A stretch of DNA of 23,482 nt from assembly GCF_006345805.1 (NCBI RefSeq), contig NW_021836579.1:1-23482 (forward strand), written 5' to 3'. Below, piece by piece: positions 9,658 through 21,704 of the stretch. Made by a program: the position numbers and the translations under genes. The stretch is from Octopus sinensis. Lineage: Eukaryota. Each line of letters starts with the position of its first letter. Positions within the stretch are counted from its first letter, which is position 1. Below the pieces are notes generated by a model. The model was not told where the DNA came from and made no database searches. It worked only from the letters and a program-made list of their open reading frames with translations.

Positions 9658-9688
<31 letters not shown>
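9298..9688. repeat. (GATA)n tract abutting the 3' end of Tx1-like copy 1 and containing a 36-bp element tip
   Basis: Read directly. Variant blocks include GGTAGGTA. Confidence 0.95.
9562..9598 (-). mobile_element. Orphan ~36-bp 3'-terminal fragment of the Tx1-like element
   Basis: TATGTGTCTTATTTCCACACAGGGCTAGCACACAGAT versus the element end TATGTTTCTTTATTAGCCACACAGGGCTGCACACAGAT at ~9687-9724. Confidence 0.75.
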
Positions 9689-9694
9689 TGTTTC

Positions 9695-9700
9695 TTTATT
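9695..9700 (-). promoter_or_regulatory. AATAAA polyadenylation-like signal at the element 3' terminus (also 15882-15887 and 22194-22199)
   Basis: TTTATT on the + strand, ~6-9 nt from the junction in all three copies. Confidence 0.6.
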
Positions 9701-10080
9701 AGCCACACAGGGCTGCACACAGATAGAACAAATTACAAGGTAGAGCTTTCTTTTGAAGGTTTAAAAAAAAAAAAAAAAAAAAGGAAGGGGGAGGTTCGAT
9801 CAAAAGGGATCGTAAAGGAGAGAAAAGGACAAAAACAAGGGGGTTAAAAAAAAAAAAAAAAAAAAAGGGGGGGAGAGGAAAAAAAATGATCAATAGGGAT
9901 CGTTATCACAAAAATGTCAATATGAAGTGTAAAGGGGAGGACAGGTGAGGTTTACCCGTGGAAAGAAAAGCCTGCAGAAAAGACCACGGTAACCTCGGTC
10001 AATGAAGTCACATTTTATATTTCTTTTTTTTTTTTTTTTTTTTTTGCAAATAAGCAACTCTCTGTTTTCGATTTCTGGGT

Positions 10081-13000
10081 TCATAGGACTATGCTCAAGG
10101 TGGCTTCGTCATTCATACGTGCCATTCTTGCTACATTCACCCATCTTTTTTTAAAACATTCGCTAGACAAAACTTGCCTCTCTACTCTCACTTTCCTTTT
10201 CAAGTGGTACTTGAAGAAGTTGATGAGAGATTGACCAGAGAGGAAAGTGTTTGTCTCCAATCCTTTCAGACGCGTCCACCAGATACATTCTTTCGCCATA
10301 GCCACAAGGATGATGAAAATAGCTCTTCCTTCCCGTTTGAAGGAAGGAGGCGTGACAATATTGACGATAGACTCAGCTGATAACCGACTCGTCGTCCCAC
10401 ACGTGACAGCAGTTGTTCGACATAAGCCCACAGGTCGGAAATTGTTGGACACTGAACGAGTGCGTGCAGAACGGTTTCGTCGCTCTGACCGCATCTCGGG
10501 CAGGTCGGCCCCGTGTTTCTCGAGCCGTGTCTGTAGAGCTTATCCCGAACGGGTAGCGCTTCTCGGTAGCACTGCCAGGCCAGGGATCTCTGGAAGTTGT
10601 CCATGGGCCCTGGCCCGAAAGTCGTCCCGAACAGGCGGGTCAGGTACTCCTCGTCGACGTCCAGGTTCGCCCCGAGCTCGTCGTCGTACCTCCCCTCCAC
10701 TAAACCCCTATAGAATGCTTTGGTTGTGTTGAAGTCACTTAAGGTCGACCCAGGACGGCAGAGTTGCTTGAGAGCAACGCGACACTCGCGGTGCCATTCG
10801 CCCTTCCTCGGCCTCTTTTTGATCCACGACTGCAGTTCGGTCATGGAGACGAGCTGCGGGAAAGCGTGCCTCACAAACGGCGACCACACCTGTTCACCGT
10901 CGTCTACATAGAGCCAGAGATGTCGCAGTCTCAGCGCGTGTCTGCGCATCATCAACCACGGCATGCCCAGCCCTCCTTTTAACGGGTGTTGACAGCAAAT
11001 GGATCGCCTGACCATCGGGACGCATCCTTTCCACAAGAAGCGAAAGAGGATGCGTTGTAGTTTGGTGATGGTAGGGTCGGGACAAGGTACGACGGTCAGG
11101 CGGTAGTAGATGACGGACGCGATGTACGTGTTCGCCACCTCCGCTCGACCTTTTAGGGACAGTTTCCTCTCGGCCCATTGCCGGGCGAGAGTGACCACCC
11201 TACTCGTTATCTCGTTCCAGTTCTTCTCTCCACTTGGAGGTCCGGACCAAACCAGACCCCGAGCAACTCAACCGGGCCGTCGGTCCAGCGTCCCACGACG
11301 GAGGCGCTGGTGGACGGCATGGGCTTGCTTCTCCAGGTGCCTAGTCGCAAGCCCACTGACTTTTCCCGGTTGATTTTCACTCCTGTCACCGCTTCGTAGT
11401 TTTTCAGTGTCTCGCCGACCAGCTCGATGTGCTCGTGGCTAGACACTATGACGTCGTCCGCGTATGCAGACACGCTCGTCCCGCATCCCAATTTTCGCGG
11501 GATGCCCCTTAGAGTCGCCAGCTTCCGCAGTAGTGGCTCAAGAGTCAATACGTATAGAAACGCCAAGAGGGGGCATCCTTGACGGACCGAACGTGCAATG
11601 TCGAAAGGTCTCGATAGATGTCCATTTACGCGAATTACCGAACGGATGCCTCTGTACAAGGCAGCTATCCAGCCGCGGAAGACGGGACCGAAACCAGCCG
11701 CTCTCAGGACTGCCTCCAAGTATCGATGGTCTACCCTATCAAAGGCTTTTGATTGATCCAAGTTGATCAGGGCCCCACCCATGCCAGGTTCGTTAACTAC
11801 CCTTGTCTATGATGTAGCATCAGATGGAGGTTGTCATGGATGGTCCGGCCTGGCACGGCGCATGTTTGCGCCTTGTCGACCAGTTTCTCGATGACAAGCG
11901 CCAACCTCTTGGCTAGCACCTTGGCCAAAATTTTCAAGTCTGCATTAAGCAGAGTGATGGGCCTAAAGTTATCTATTACATTTCCTTGTTTAGATCTTTC
12001 TTCAGCAGTGTTACGGCTCCTCGGCTCACAAAACCAGGAATGCTCCCGTTTTGCTGCCAGTTGCAGTACACCGCCGCCAAGAGATCTCCAAACAAGTCTG
12101 GCATACAATTGTAAAGCTCGTAGGGTAGACCATCCAAACCCGGTGATTTGTCCCTCGAGCATTCTGCCATCGCTTCCCGCACTTCCGCCGCCGTGATGGC
12201 ACCTTCGCAGCACCCTGCCTTTCTTGTCGAGAGTCGTGGTAGGCTATGTAGGTAGGCACTGAAGTCCACCCTACGTTCTTGCCCTCCACTCGTTCCGAAC
12301 AGTCGGGCAAAATGCTGCTGAAAGGCCTCACACATTTTACTTGGCTCGAGCAATTCGCGCCCCTGTTCATCTACCAGTGACCGAATGGTGGCTTTGTTGC
12401 CCTGTTGCGCCTCTGCCACCCGGGCCTCTCTCGCGGCTCCAACACCTTCGTTCCTTAGAGCACGCATCCTAGCTCTGACAGCACATCCTTCGTGTTTGGC
12501 GTTGAAGTGTTGGTCGAGGGCCAACCTCGCCGCCAAAACGTCGGATGCGATGCCGCTTCTAATTGCCTCTTCTAGCTTCTTAACTAGCTCACCCTCTACT
12601 CTATTTCTATCTATGGCTAGTGCTTTGCTGTACCTAATCGCTTCTGCTTTTACTGCTCTCTTGAGGGCAAACCACCATTTGTTGTTGATGATGGCTCCCG
12701 TCAAAGCCCTCTTTACTAGTGTGCTAATCCGGTCTCTGAAAACTTGTCTCGATGGGAAAGACGCGTTTAGTTTCCAGTATCCGGGACCCTGCCTAAGTGT
12801 CTTACCTAAGTCTAGCGTACATGTCACAAGTTTGTGATCCGTGTAGCTGACTATGTGGAATTGTGGACATCCTATGCTATCTCTATCTACTGTCCTACAC
12901 AGTATCCTATCTAGATACGATCTCGACGACCCGATGCGGTTGCTCCATGTCCACGTTGGCGCATTCGGGTGGTCTAGTCGAAACCTGTCAGACAGTTGAA

Positions 13001-13512
13001 AGCGTCTGAGCAGGTCTCTGAGGCATTTGCATCCCCGTCTATTCCTATCTCTACCCACGTAGTCTACATGCGTGTCCAAGGTAGCATTCCAATCCCCCAC
13101 TAAGAGTAAAGGACGAGACGTTCCCAAGAAAACTTCTAGACGTTGAAAGAAATCCGCCCGACCTGTTAAGGGCGGTGCGTAAACTGATACGAGCCGAAAA
13201 GCGCACCCATTGCTGCCGTCGACATCCAGGACGACCAGTCTACCCTCCGGGTCTACGAATATTGTCCTTACATTGAGATCCAGACTCTTGTGAAAAAGTA
13301 CCGCGGTGCCACTACCGCCCATTCTCGGCAGACGGGGAAAAATAAATGTTGAACTGTCCGCCAAACATGGTCTTTAGGGCCCGCGGATTGTGGAGTCTGG
13401 TCTCGCTTATGGCTATGATTTCTAACTTATGTGACTTTATGTCATTTAAGAGGTACCCTTGTTTCCAAGGGGACCCCAAGCCACGCGCATTTACACAACC
13501 AATCTTGATCAT
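10081..13512 (-). CDS. ORF2: apurinic-like endonuclease, reverse transcriptase and C-terminal CCHC (~1140 aa when joined; frameshifted here)
   Basis: APE: MIKIGCVNARGL, AISETRL, VSVYAP, LVGDWN, TW...SYLDRIL, YTDHKLV. RT: KSPGLDGLP, FRPITLLNADLKILAKVLAKRL, LDQSKAFDRVDH, VRQGCPL, YADD (~11454-11465), KINREKS. Tx1/L1-type LSLKGRAEVAN. CPRCGQSDETVLHALVQC at 10449-10502. Confidence 0.92.
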
Positions 13513-13543
13513 AGTTCTAATGAATTAGAATACAGAGGGTTAC

Positions 13544-15543
13544 TTACTGCTCGAAAGTTTTTGCTTTCTCCTCCGTTGGTTTGTCCTCGAGAAGATCCCA
13601 GTACAGTTTCTTTGTGAGATATTTTTGGCATTTACCAACCGCACTGGGGAAAATGCCTTTGAGTGTGTGGTGCAGACTTTTGGAGATGTGTATTATTTGA
13701 TGTGGTCTGGTGGTGTTGTGTATGGGTGGTTGTTTGTTTTTATGTCATCTTCTGTTATGTTTTGTTTTTGATTGGATGTATTCCATCAAATTTGTGTTTT
13801 TGGTGTCTATGGCTGTGAGCATGTTTGCTGTATATGTTTTTGTGGTGTTGGTGTGGCTGTTGTTTGCGTTGGGTTTTGAAATGTCTTCGGGAGATGTATT
13901 TCCCCCTGCTTTGTTCGTGTTTGCATTTGGTTGGTTGTGTTTCTTCTGCTCTTTATTCCCTTCTTTTTAGCTATTTGCCATTCCTCACTGGTTTCGTCTT
14001 CCGACGAAATTTCTGAGGAATCAGAAGGGGGTAGGGGTATGTTTGGGCTTCTATGTATGTCTGTGTAAGTGGTTGTGTTGTTGTTTTCGTTGTTGTTGGT
14101 TGTTGAGTGTTTGTGTGTGTTGAGTGCGGTATAAGGGATGGGGGATCAGTTTGTGTGTGTTTTCTTTGTTTTTCTGTTCCTTTGGGTTTTGCTGTTGATG
14201 GTAGTGTTGGTATTTTTCCAGGTGTCGAGTGGTTTTTGGTTGATGACGGATTAGCTTGGTGTGCTTCTCTTGTCGTCTTCTGTGTTGATGGTGGTGTGGG
14301 TAGTAGAGCTTTTTTCCGGAGTGCTTTGGTTGTGGTAGTGGTTGTTGTTGTTGCTCTTGGTGTGCAGTGGTTGGGCACGTCTTTTTCAAGTGTGTTTCGC
14401 TTCCACACAAATAGCAGCGTGGTCGCCTGCCCTCTACCACTATATAGAGTTTGTAGCCTCCTGGCAGTTCTATAGCGGTGGGTATCTTCTCTCTTGCTGC
14501 TTCATCCATCCAATTGAAGCAGGAATTCGATTGATTTGCCCACATAGTCTTTCTCTCCTAGAACCGCGATTTCCAGGATGTTTGTCTCTGACATTGTCTC
14601 TGACATTTCAAAGCAGATGGCAAGACCACCCATTGTGTTTCGACATCAAATGGTATGTTTTTTATTTGGACTTTCGTGACCCTTTTGTTTAAATAGACTG
14701 GTATCATTACCAAGTCGTCCGAATGTAGCTCCAATGTGGAAAAACGTTTTGCTAAACTTTCGTTGAGGAAACGTACTTGGACTGTACCAAATTTGTTTCC
14801 CCAACTGATATATTCCTTGGAGTCCCATACAGGACGAAGGCATTTATCGATTTTTTCCTGCGGTGCATTTTCTGTTCTTCTTGTTTTTTTGTTTATTACT
14901 TTATAAATTATTGTTTTTTTTTGCGTGTTTTCCACGATGTGTTGTGGAATATGAAGGTGCAATTTGTCTCCTTCTTTGGAGAAGAGTGCCTTTGTGCGGT
15001 TTATCTCTTGTGTGGTGAATGTTACAATTGTTCTTTTTTTTTTGTTACGTCCGCAAAATTCGTTTTGAATTGGGCAGTAGAAGTGTTAATTGTGGCAGTG
15101 TTAATTGAAGTCATGGTAGTGGTGTTGGTGTTGGCGGTATTAGCAGCAGAAGGCTTGGATGTAGCATTTGACGTCGTAGTAGTGGTGTGGTGTTGGCGGT
15201 GTTGTCTTTGGTAGGCGGCTTTGTGCCAATTTCGTTGTTGTTGTTGTTGGTGGTGATGGTGGTGGTGCTGGCATTCATGTTTCGTTTGTATTCATTTTTG
15301 AAATCCCTTTCTCTGTCCCTTTATCATCAACAAGTGGTGTGGGGAGTGAGGGGAAATCTAAGTTAATGTCTTTGGTCGCGGCGATGGTGAATGCGACGTT
15401 AGATTTGTTGTTGTTGTTGTGGTGTGTGGTGTGGTGGTGACAGCGGTGTTCACGCTGCGATGTTTAGCAGCTAGTGGTAGCAATAGTGTTTTGCTACCGT
15501 TCTGCATGACTGGCGGGCTAGCCACGTGGTTTCTAGTTGCCAT
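13544..15543 (-). CDS. ORF1 nucleic-acid-binding protein (~660 aa when joined; frameshifted here)
   Basis: ATG at 15543 (MATRNHVAS...). T/N-rich N-terminus, RRM-like stretch (GTVQVRFLNESLAKRF...VQIKNIPFDV), zinc knuckle CYLCGSETHLKKTC (14375-14416), T/K/Q/H-rich C-terminus ending ...EKAKTFEQ* at 13544. Frames were joined by eye. Confidence 0.8.
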
Positions 15544-15760
15544 TTTCAAAATGAAAAATGGCTAAAAAACCCACGAAAGTTTGAAAGTTTTTTTGTAATT
15601 TCGCCCATACAGGGGCGGAATTCTACGTGAATAATTCTCAGGTTTTTTAGTGAATGAATATTGCACAACGATTAAAACAAATATTTGACAACAAGGAGTT
15701 TTAAACATGTAAAATTGGCCAACTTACTTGGAGCCGATATGACTAGCGTCCGTCCATTGT

Positions 15761-15836
15761 GATAGAGAGAAGATAGGTGATAGAGATAGATAGATAGATA
15801 GGTAGGTAGATAGATAGATAGATAGATAATAGATAT

Positions 15837-15869
<33 letters not shown>

Positions 15870-15872
15870 ATA
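15761..15872. repeat. (GATA)n spacer between copies 1 and 2
   Basis: Read directly, ~110 bp, contains GGTAGGTA. Confidence 0.95.
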
Positions 15873-16257
15873 TGTTTCTTCTTTATTAGCCCACAGGGCT
15901 GCACACAGATAGAACAATTACAAGGTAAGCTTTTCCTTTGAAGTTTAAAAAAAAAAAAAAAAAAAGGAAGGGGGAGTTTCGATCAAAAGGGATCGTAAAA
16001 GGAGAGAAAGAGGACAAAAGAAGGGGGGTTTAAAAAAAATAAAAAAAAAAAAAAGGGGGAGAGGAAAAAAAATTGATCAATAGGGATCGTTATCACAGAA
16101 ATGTCAATATGAAGTGTTAAGGGGAGGACAGGTGAGGTTACCCGTGAAAGAAAAGCCTACGGAAAGACCACGGTAACCTCGGTCAATGAAGTCACATTTT
16201 ATATTTCTTTTTTTTTTTTTTTTTGCAAATAAGCAACTCTCTGTTTTCGATTCTGGT

Positions 16258-19200
16258 TCATAGGACTATGCTCAAGGTGGCTTCGTCATTCATACGTGCC
16301 ATTCTTGCTACATTCACCCATCTTTTTTTTAAACATTCGCTAGACAAAACTTGCCTCTCTACTCTCACTTTCCTTTTCAAGTGGTACTTGAAGAAGTTGA
16401 TGAGAGATTGACCAGAGAGGAAAGTGTTTGTCTCCAATCCTTTCAGACGCGTCCACCAGATACATTCTTTCGCCATAGCCACAAGGATGATGAAAAATAG
16501 CTCTTCCTTCCCGTTTGAAGGAAGGAGGCGTGACAATATTGACGATAGACTCAGCTGATAAACCGACTCGTCCCACACGTGACAGCAGTTGTTCGACATA
16601 AGCCCACAGGTCGGAAATTGTTGGACACTGAACGAGTGCGTGCAGAACGGTTTCGTCGCTCTGACCGCATCTCGGGCAGGTCGGCCCCGTGTTTTCTCGA
16701 GCCGTGTCTGTAGAGCTTATCCCGAACGGGTAGCGCTTCTCGGTAGCACTGCCAGGCCAGGGATCTCTGGAAGTTGTCCATGGGCCCTGGCCCGAAAGTC
16801 GTCCCGAACAGGCGGGTCAGGTACTCCTCGTCGACGTCCAGGTTCGCCCCGAGCTCGTCGTCGTACCTCCCCTCCACTAACCCCTATAGAATGCTTTGGT
16901 TGTGTTGAAGTCACTTAAGGTCGACCCAGGACGGCAGAGTTGCTTGAGAGCAACGCGACACTCGCGGTGCCATTCGCCCTTCCTCGGCCTCTTTTTGATC
17001 CACGACTGCAGTTCGGTCATGGAGACGAGCTGCGGGAAGGCGTGCCTCACAAACGGCGACCACACCTGTTCACCGTCGTCTACATAGAGCCAGAGATGTC
17101 GCAGTCTCAGCGCGTGTCTGCGCATCATCAACCACGCATGCCCAGCCCTCCTTTTAACGGAACGGTGTTGACAGCAAATGGATCGCCTGACCATCGGACG
17201 CATCCTTTCCACAAGAAGCGAAAGAGGATGCGTTGTAGTTTGGTGATGGTAGGGTCGGGACAGGGTACGACGGTCAGGCGGTAGTAGATGACGGACGCGA
17301 TGTACGTGTTCGCCACCTCCGCTCGACCTTTTAGGGACAGTTTCCTCTCGGCCCTTGCCGGGCGAGAGTGACCACCCTACTCGTTATCTCGTTCCAGTTC
17401 TTCTCCACTTGGAGGTCCGGACCAAACCAGACCCCGAGCAACTCAACCGGGCCGTCGGTCCCGTCCCACGACGGAGGCGCTGGTGGACGGCATGGGCTTG
17501 CTTCTCCAGGTGCCTAGTCGCAAGCCCACTGACTTTTCCCGGTTGATTTTCGCTCCTGTCACCGCTTCGTAGTTTTTCAGTGTCTCGCCGACCAGCTCGA
17601 TGTGCTCGTGGCTAGACACTATGACGGTGACGTCGTCCGCGTATGCAGACACGCTCGTCCCGCATCCCAATTCTCGCGGGATGCCCCTTAGAGTCGCCAG
17701 CTTCCGCAGTAGTGGCTCAAGAGTCAATACGTATAGAAGCGCCGAGAGGGGGCATCCCTGACGGACCGAACGTGCAATGTCGAAAGGTCTCGATAGATGT
17801 CCATTTACGCGAATTACCGAACGGGATGCCTCTGTACAAGGCAGCTATCCAGCCGCGGAAGACGGGACCGAAACCAGCCGCTCTCAGGACTGCCTCCAAG
17901 TATCGATGGTCTACCCTATCAAAGGCTTTCGATTGATCCAAGTTGATCAGGGCCCCACCCATGCCAGGTTCGTTAACTACCCTGTCTATGATGTAGCGCA
18001 TCAGATGGAGGTTGTCATGGATGGTCCGGCCTGGCACGGCGCGCATGTTTGCGCCTTGTCGACCAGTTTCTCGATGACAAGCGCCAACTCTTGGCTAGCA
18101 CCTTGGCCAAAATTTCAAGTCTGCATAAGCAGAGTGATGGGCCTAAAGTTTATCTATTACATTCCCTTGTTTTAGATCTTTCTTCAGCAGTGTTACGGCT
18201 CCTCGGCTCACAAAACCAGGAATGCTCCCGTTTGCTGCCAGTTGCAGTACACCGCCGCCAAGAGATCTCAAACAAGTCTGGCATACAATTGTAAAGCTCG
18301 TAGGGTAGACCATCCAAACCCGGTGATTTGTCCCTCGAGCATTCTGCCATCGCTTCCCGCACTTCCGCCGCCGTGATGGCACCTTCGCAGCACCCTGCCT
18401 TTCTTGTCGAGAGTCGTGGTAGGCTATGTAGGTAGGCACTGAAGTCCACCCTACGTTCTTGCCCTCCACTCGTTCCGAACAGTCGGGCAAAATGCTGCTG
18501 AAAGGCCTCCACATTTTACTTGGCTCGAGCAATTCGCGCCCCTGTTCATCTACCAGTGACCGAATGGTGGCTTTGTTGCCCTGTTGCGCCTCTGCCACCC
18601 GGGCCTCTCTCGCGGCTCCAACACCTTCGTTCCTTAGAGCACGCATCCTAGCTCTGACAGCACATCCTTCGTGTTTGGCGTTGAAGTGTTTGGTCGAGGG
18701 CCAACCTCGCCGCCAAAACGTCGGATGCGATGCCGCTTCTAATTGCCTCTTCTAGCTTCTTAACTAGCTCACCCTACTCTATTTCTGTCTATGGCTAGTG
18801 CTTTGCTGTACCTAATCGCTTCTGCTTTTACTGCTCTCTTGAGGGCAAACCACCATTTGTTGTTGATGATGGCTCCCGTCAAAGCCCTCTTTACTAGTGT
18901 GCTAATCCGGTCTCTGAAAACTGTCTCGATGGGAAAGACGCGTTTAGTTTCCAGTATCCGGACCCTGCCTAAGTGTCTTACCTAAGTCTAGCGTACATGT
19001 CACAAGTTTGTGATCCGTGTAGCTGACTATGTGGAATTGTGGACATCCTATGCTATCTCTATCTACTGTCCTACACAGTATCCTATCTAGATACGATCTC
19101 GACGACCCGATGCGGTTGCTCCATGTCCACGTTGGCGCATTCGGGTGGTCTAGTCGAAACCTGTCAGACAGTTGAAAGCGTCTGAGCAGGTCTCTGAGGC

Positions 19201-19689
19201 ATTTGCATCCCCGTCTATTCCTATCTCTACCCACGTAGTCACACATGCGTGTCCAAGGTAGCATTCCAATCCCCCACTAGAGTAAAGGACGAGACGTTCC
19301 CAAGAAAACTTCTAGACGTTGAAAGAAATCCGCCCGACCTGTTAAGGGCGGTGCGTAACTGATACGAGTCGAAAAGCGCACCCATTGCTGCCGTCGACAT
19401 CCAGGACGACCAGTCTACCCTCCGGGTCTACGAATATTGTCCTTACATTGAGATCCAGACTCTTGTGAAAAAGTACCGCGGTGCCACTACCGCCCATTCT
19501 CGGCAGACAGGGGGAAAAATAAATGTTGAACTGTCCGCCAAACATGGTCTTTAGGGCCCGCGGATTGTGGAGTCTGGTCTCGCTTATGGCTATGATTTCT
19601 AACTTATGTGACTTTATGTCATTTAAGAGGTACCCTTGTTTCCAAGGGGACCCCAAGCCACGCGCATTTACACAACCAATCTTGATCAT
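16258..19689 (-). CDS. ORF2 (APE-RT-CCHC) of copy 2, frameshifted in this sequence
   Basis: Same motifs as copy 1, including YADDVTVIV. Breaks fall mostly at positions different from those in copy 1. Confidence 0.88.
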
Positions 19690-19718
19690 AGTTCTAATGA
19701 ATTAGAATACAGAGGGAC

Positions 19719-21704
19719 TTACTGCTCGAAAGTTTTTGCTTTCTCCTCCGTGGTTTGTCCTCGAGAAGATCCAGTACAGTTTCTTTGTGAGATATTTTGG
19801 CATTTACCAACCGCACTGGGGAAAATGCCTTTGAGTGTGTGGTGCAGACTTTTGGAGATGTGTATTATTTGATGTGGTCTGGTGGTGTTGTGTATGGGTG
19901 GTTGTTGTTTTTATGTCATCTTCTGTTATGTTTGTTTTTTTTGATTGGATATTCCATCAAATTTGTGTTTTTTTTGGGTCTATGGCTGTGAGCATGTTTG
20001 CTGTATATTTTTTGTGGGTGTTGGTGTGGCTGTTTTTGCGTTGGGTTTTGAAATGTCTTCGGGAGATGTATTTCCCCTGCTTGTTCGTGTTTGCATTTGT
20101 TTGGTTGTGTTTCTGCTCTTTATTTTCCTTCTTTTTGTAGCTATTTGCCATTCCTCACTGGTTTCGTCTTCCGACGAAATTTCTGAGGAATCAGAAGGGG
20201 TAGGGGTATGTTGTGGGCTTCTATGTATGTCTGTGTAAGTGGTTGTGTTGTTGTTTTTCGTTGTTTGTTGTGTGAGTGTTTGTGTGTGTTGAGTGCGGTA
20301 TAAGGGATGGGGGATCAGTTTGTGTGTGTTTTCTTTGTTTTTCTGTTCCTTTGGGTTTTGCTGTTGGGGTGGTGTTGGTATTTTTCAGGTGTCGAGTGGT
20401 TTTTGGTTGATGACGGATTAGCTTGGTGTGCTTCTCTTGTCGTTCTTGTTGATGGTGGTGGGGGTAGTAGAGCTTTTTTTCCGGAGTGCTTTGGTTGTGG
20501 TAGTGGTGTTGTTGTTGCTCTTGGTGTGCAGTGGTTGGCACGTCTTTTTCAAGTGTGTTTCGCTTCCACACAAATAGCAGCGTGGTCGCCTGCCCTCTAC
20601 CACTATATAGAGTTTGTAGCCTCCTGGCAGTTCTATAGCGGTGGGTATCTTCTCTCTTGCTGCTTCATCCAATTGAAGCAGGAATTCGATTGATTTGCCC
20701 ACATAGTCTTTCTCTCCTAGAACCGCGATTTCCAGGATGTTTGTCTCTGACATTGTCTCTGACATTTCAAAGCAGATGGCAGAGACCACCATTGTGTTTC
20801 GACATCAAATGGTATGTTTTTTTATGGACTTTCGTGACCCTTTTGTTTAAATAGACTGGTATCATTACCAAGTCGTCCGAATGTAGCTCCAATGTGGAAA
20901 AACGTTTTGCTAAACTTTCGTTGAGGAAACGTACTTGGACTGTACCAAATTTGTTTCCCCAACTGATATATTCCTTGGGAGTCCCATACAGGACGAAGGC
21001 ATTTATCGATTTTTTCCTGCGGTGCATTTTCTGTTCTTCTTGTTTTTTTTTTTTTTTACTTTATAAATTATTGTTTTTTTTTTGTGTTTTCCACGATGTG
21101 TTGTGTGGAATATGAAGGTGCAATTTCTCCTTCTTTGGAGAGAAGAGTGCCTTTGTGCGGTTTATCTCTGTGTGGTGAATGTTACAATTGTTCTTTTTTG
21201 TTTTGTTACGTCCGCAAATTCGTTTTGAATTTGGCAGTAGAAGTGTTAATTGTGGCAGTGTTAATTGAAGTCATGGTAGTGGTGTTTGGTGTTGGCGGTA
21301 TTAGCAGCAGAAGGCTTGGGTGTAGCATTTGACGTCGTAGTAGTGGTGTTGGTGTTGGCGGTGTTGTCTTTGGTAGGCGGCTTTGTGCCATTTCGTTGTT
21401 GTTGTTGTTGGTGGTGATGGTGGTGGTGCTGGCATTCATGTTTTCGTTTGTATTCATTTTTGAAATCCCTTTCTCTGTCCCTTTATCATCAACAAGTGGT
21501 GTGGGGAGTGAGGGGAAATCTAAGTTAATGTCTTTGGTCGCGGCGATGGTGAATGCGACGTTAGATTTGTTGTTGTTGTTTGTTGTGGTGGTGATGGTGG
21601 TGACAGCGGTGTTCACGCTGCGATGTTTAGCAGCTAGTGGTAGCAATAGTGTTTTGCTACCGTTCTGCATGACTGGCGGCTAGCCACGTGGTTCTAGTTG
21701 CCAT
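19719..21704 (-). CDS. ORF1 of copy 2, frameshifted in this sequence
   Basis: ATG at 21704. Includes SAICFEMSETMSETNILE...RRPRCYLCGSETHLKKTC. Stop placed by homology with copy 1. Confidence 0.78.

Larger units (their letters stand above)
9689..15760 (-). mobile_element. Full-length L1/Tx1-clade non-LTR retrotransposon, copy 1
   Basis: 5' UTR ~215 nt, ORF1, 31-nt spacer, ORF2 (APE-RT-CCHC), ~390-nt 3' UTR ending AATAAAGAAACA directly into (TATC)n. The 5' end is also preceded by (TATC)n. Confidence 0.95.

Noticed and set aside
10174-21683. Many plus-strand ORFs overlapping the Tx1 copies
   Set aside because: Antisense shadows of GC-rich ORF2 or of low-complexity ORF1, with no recognisable motifs.
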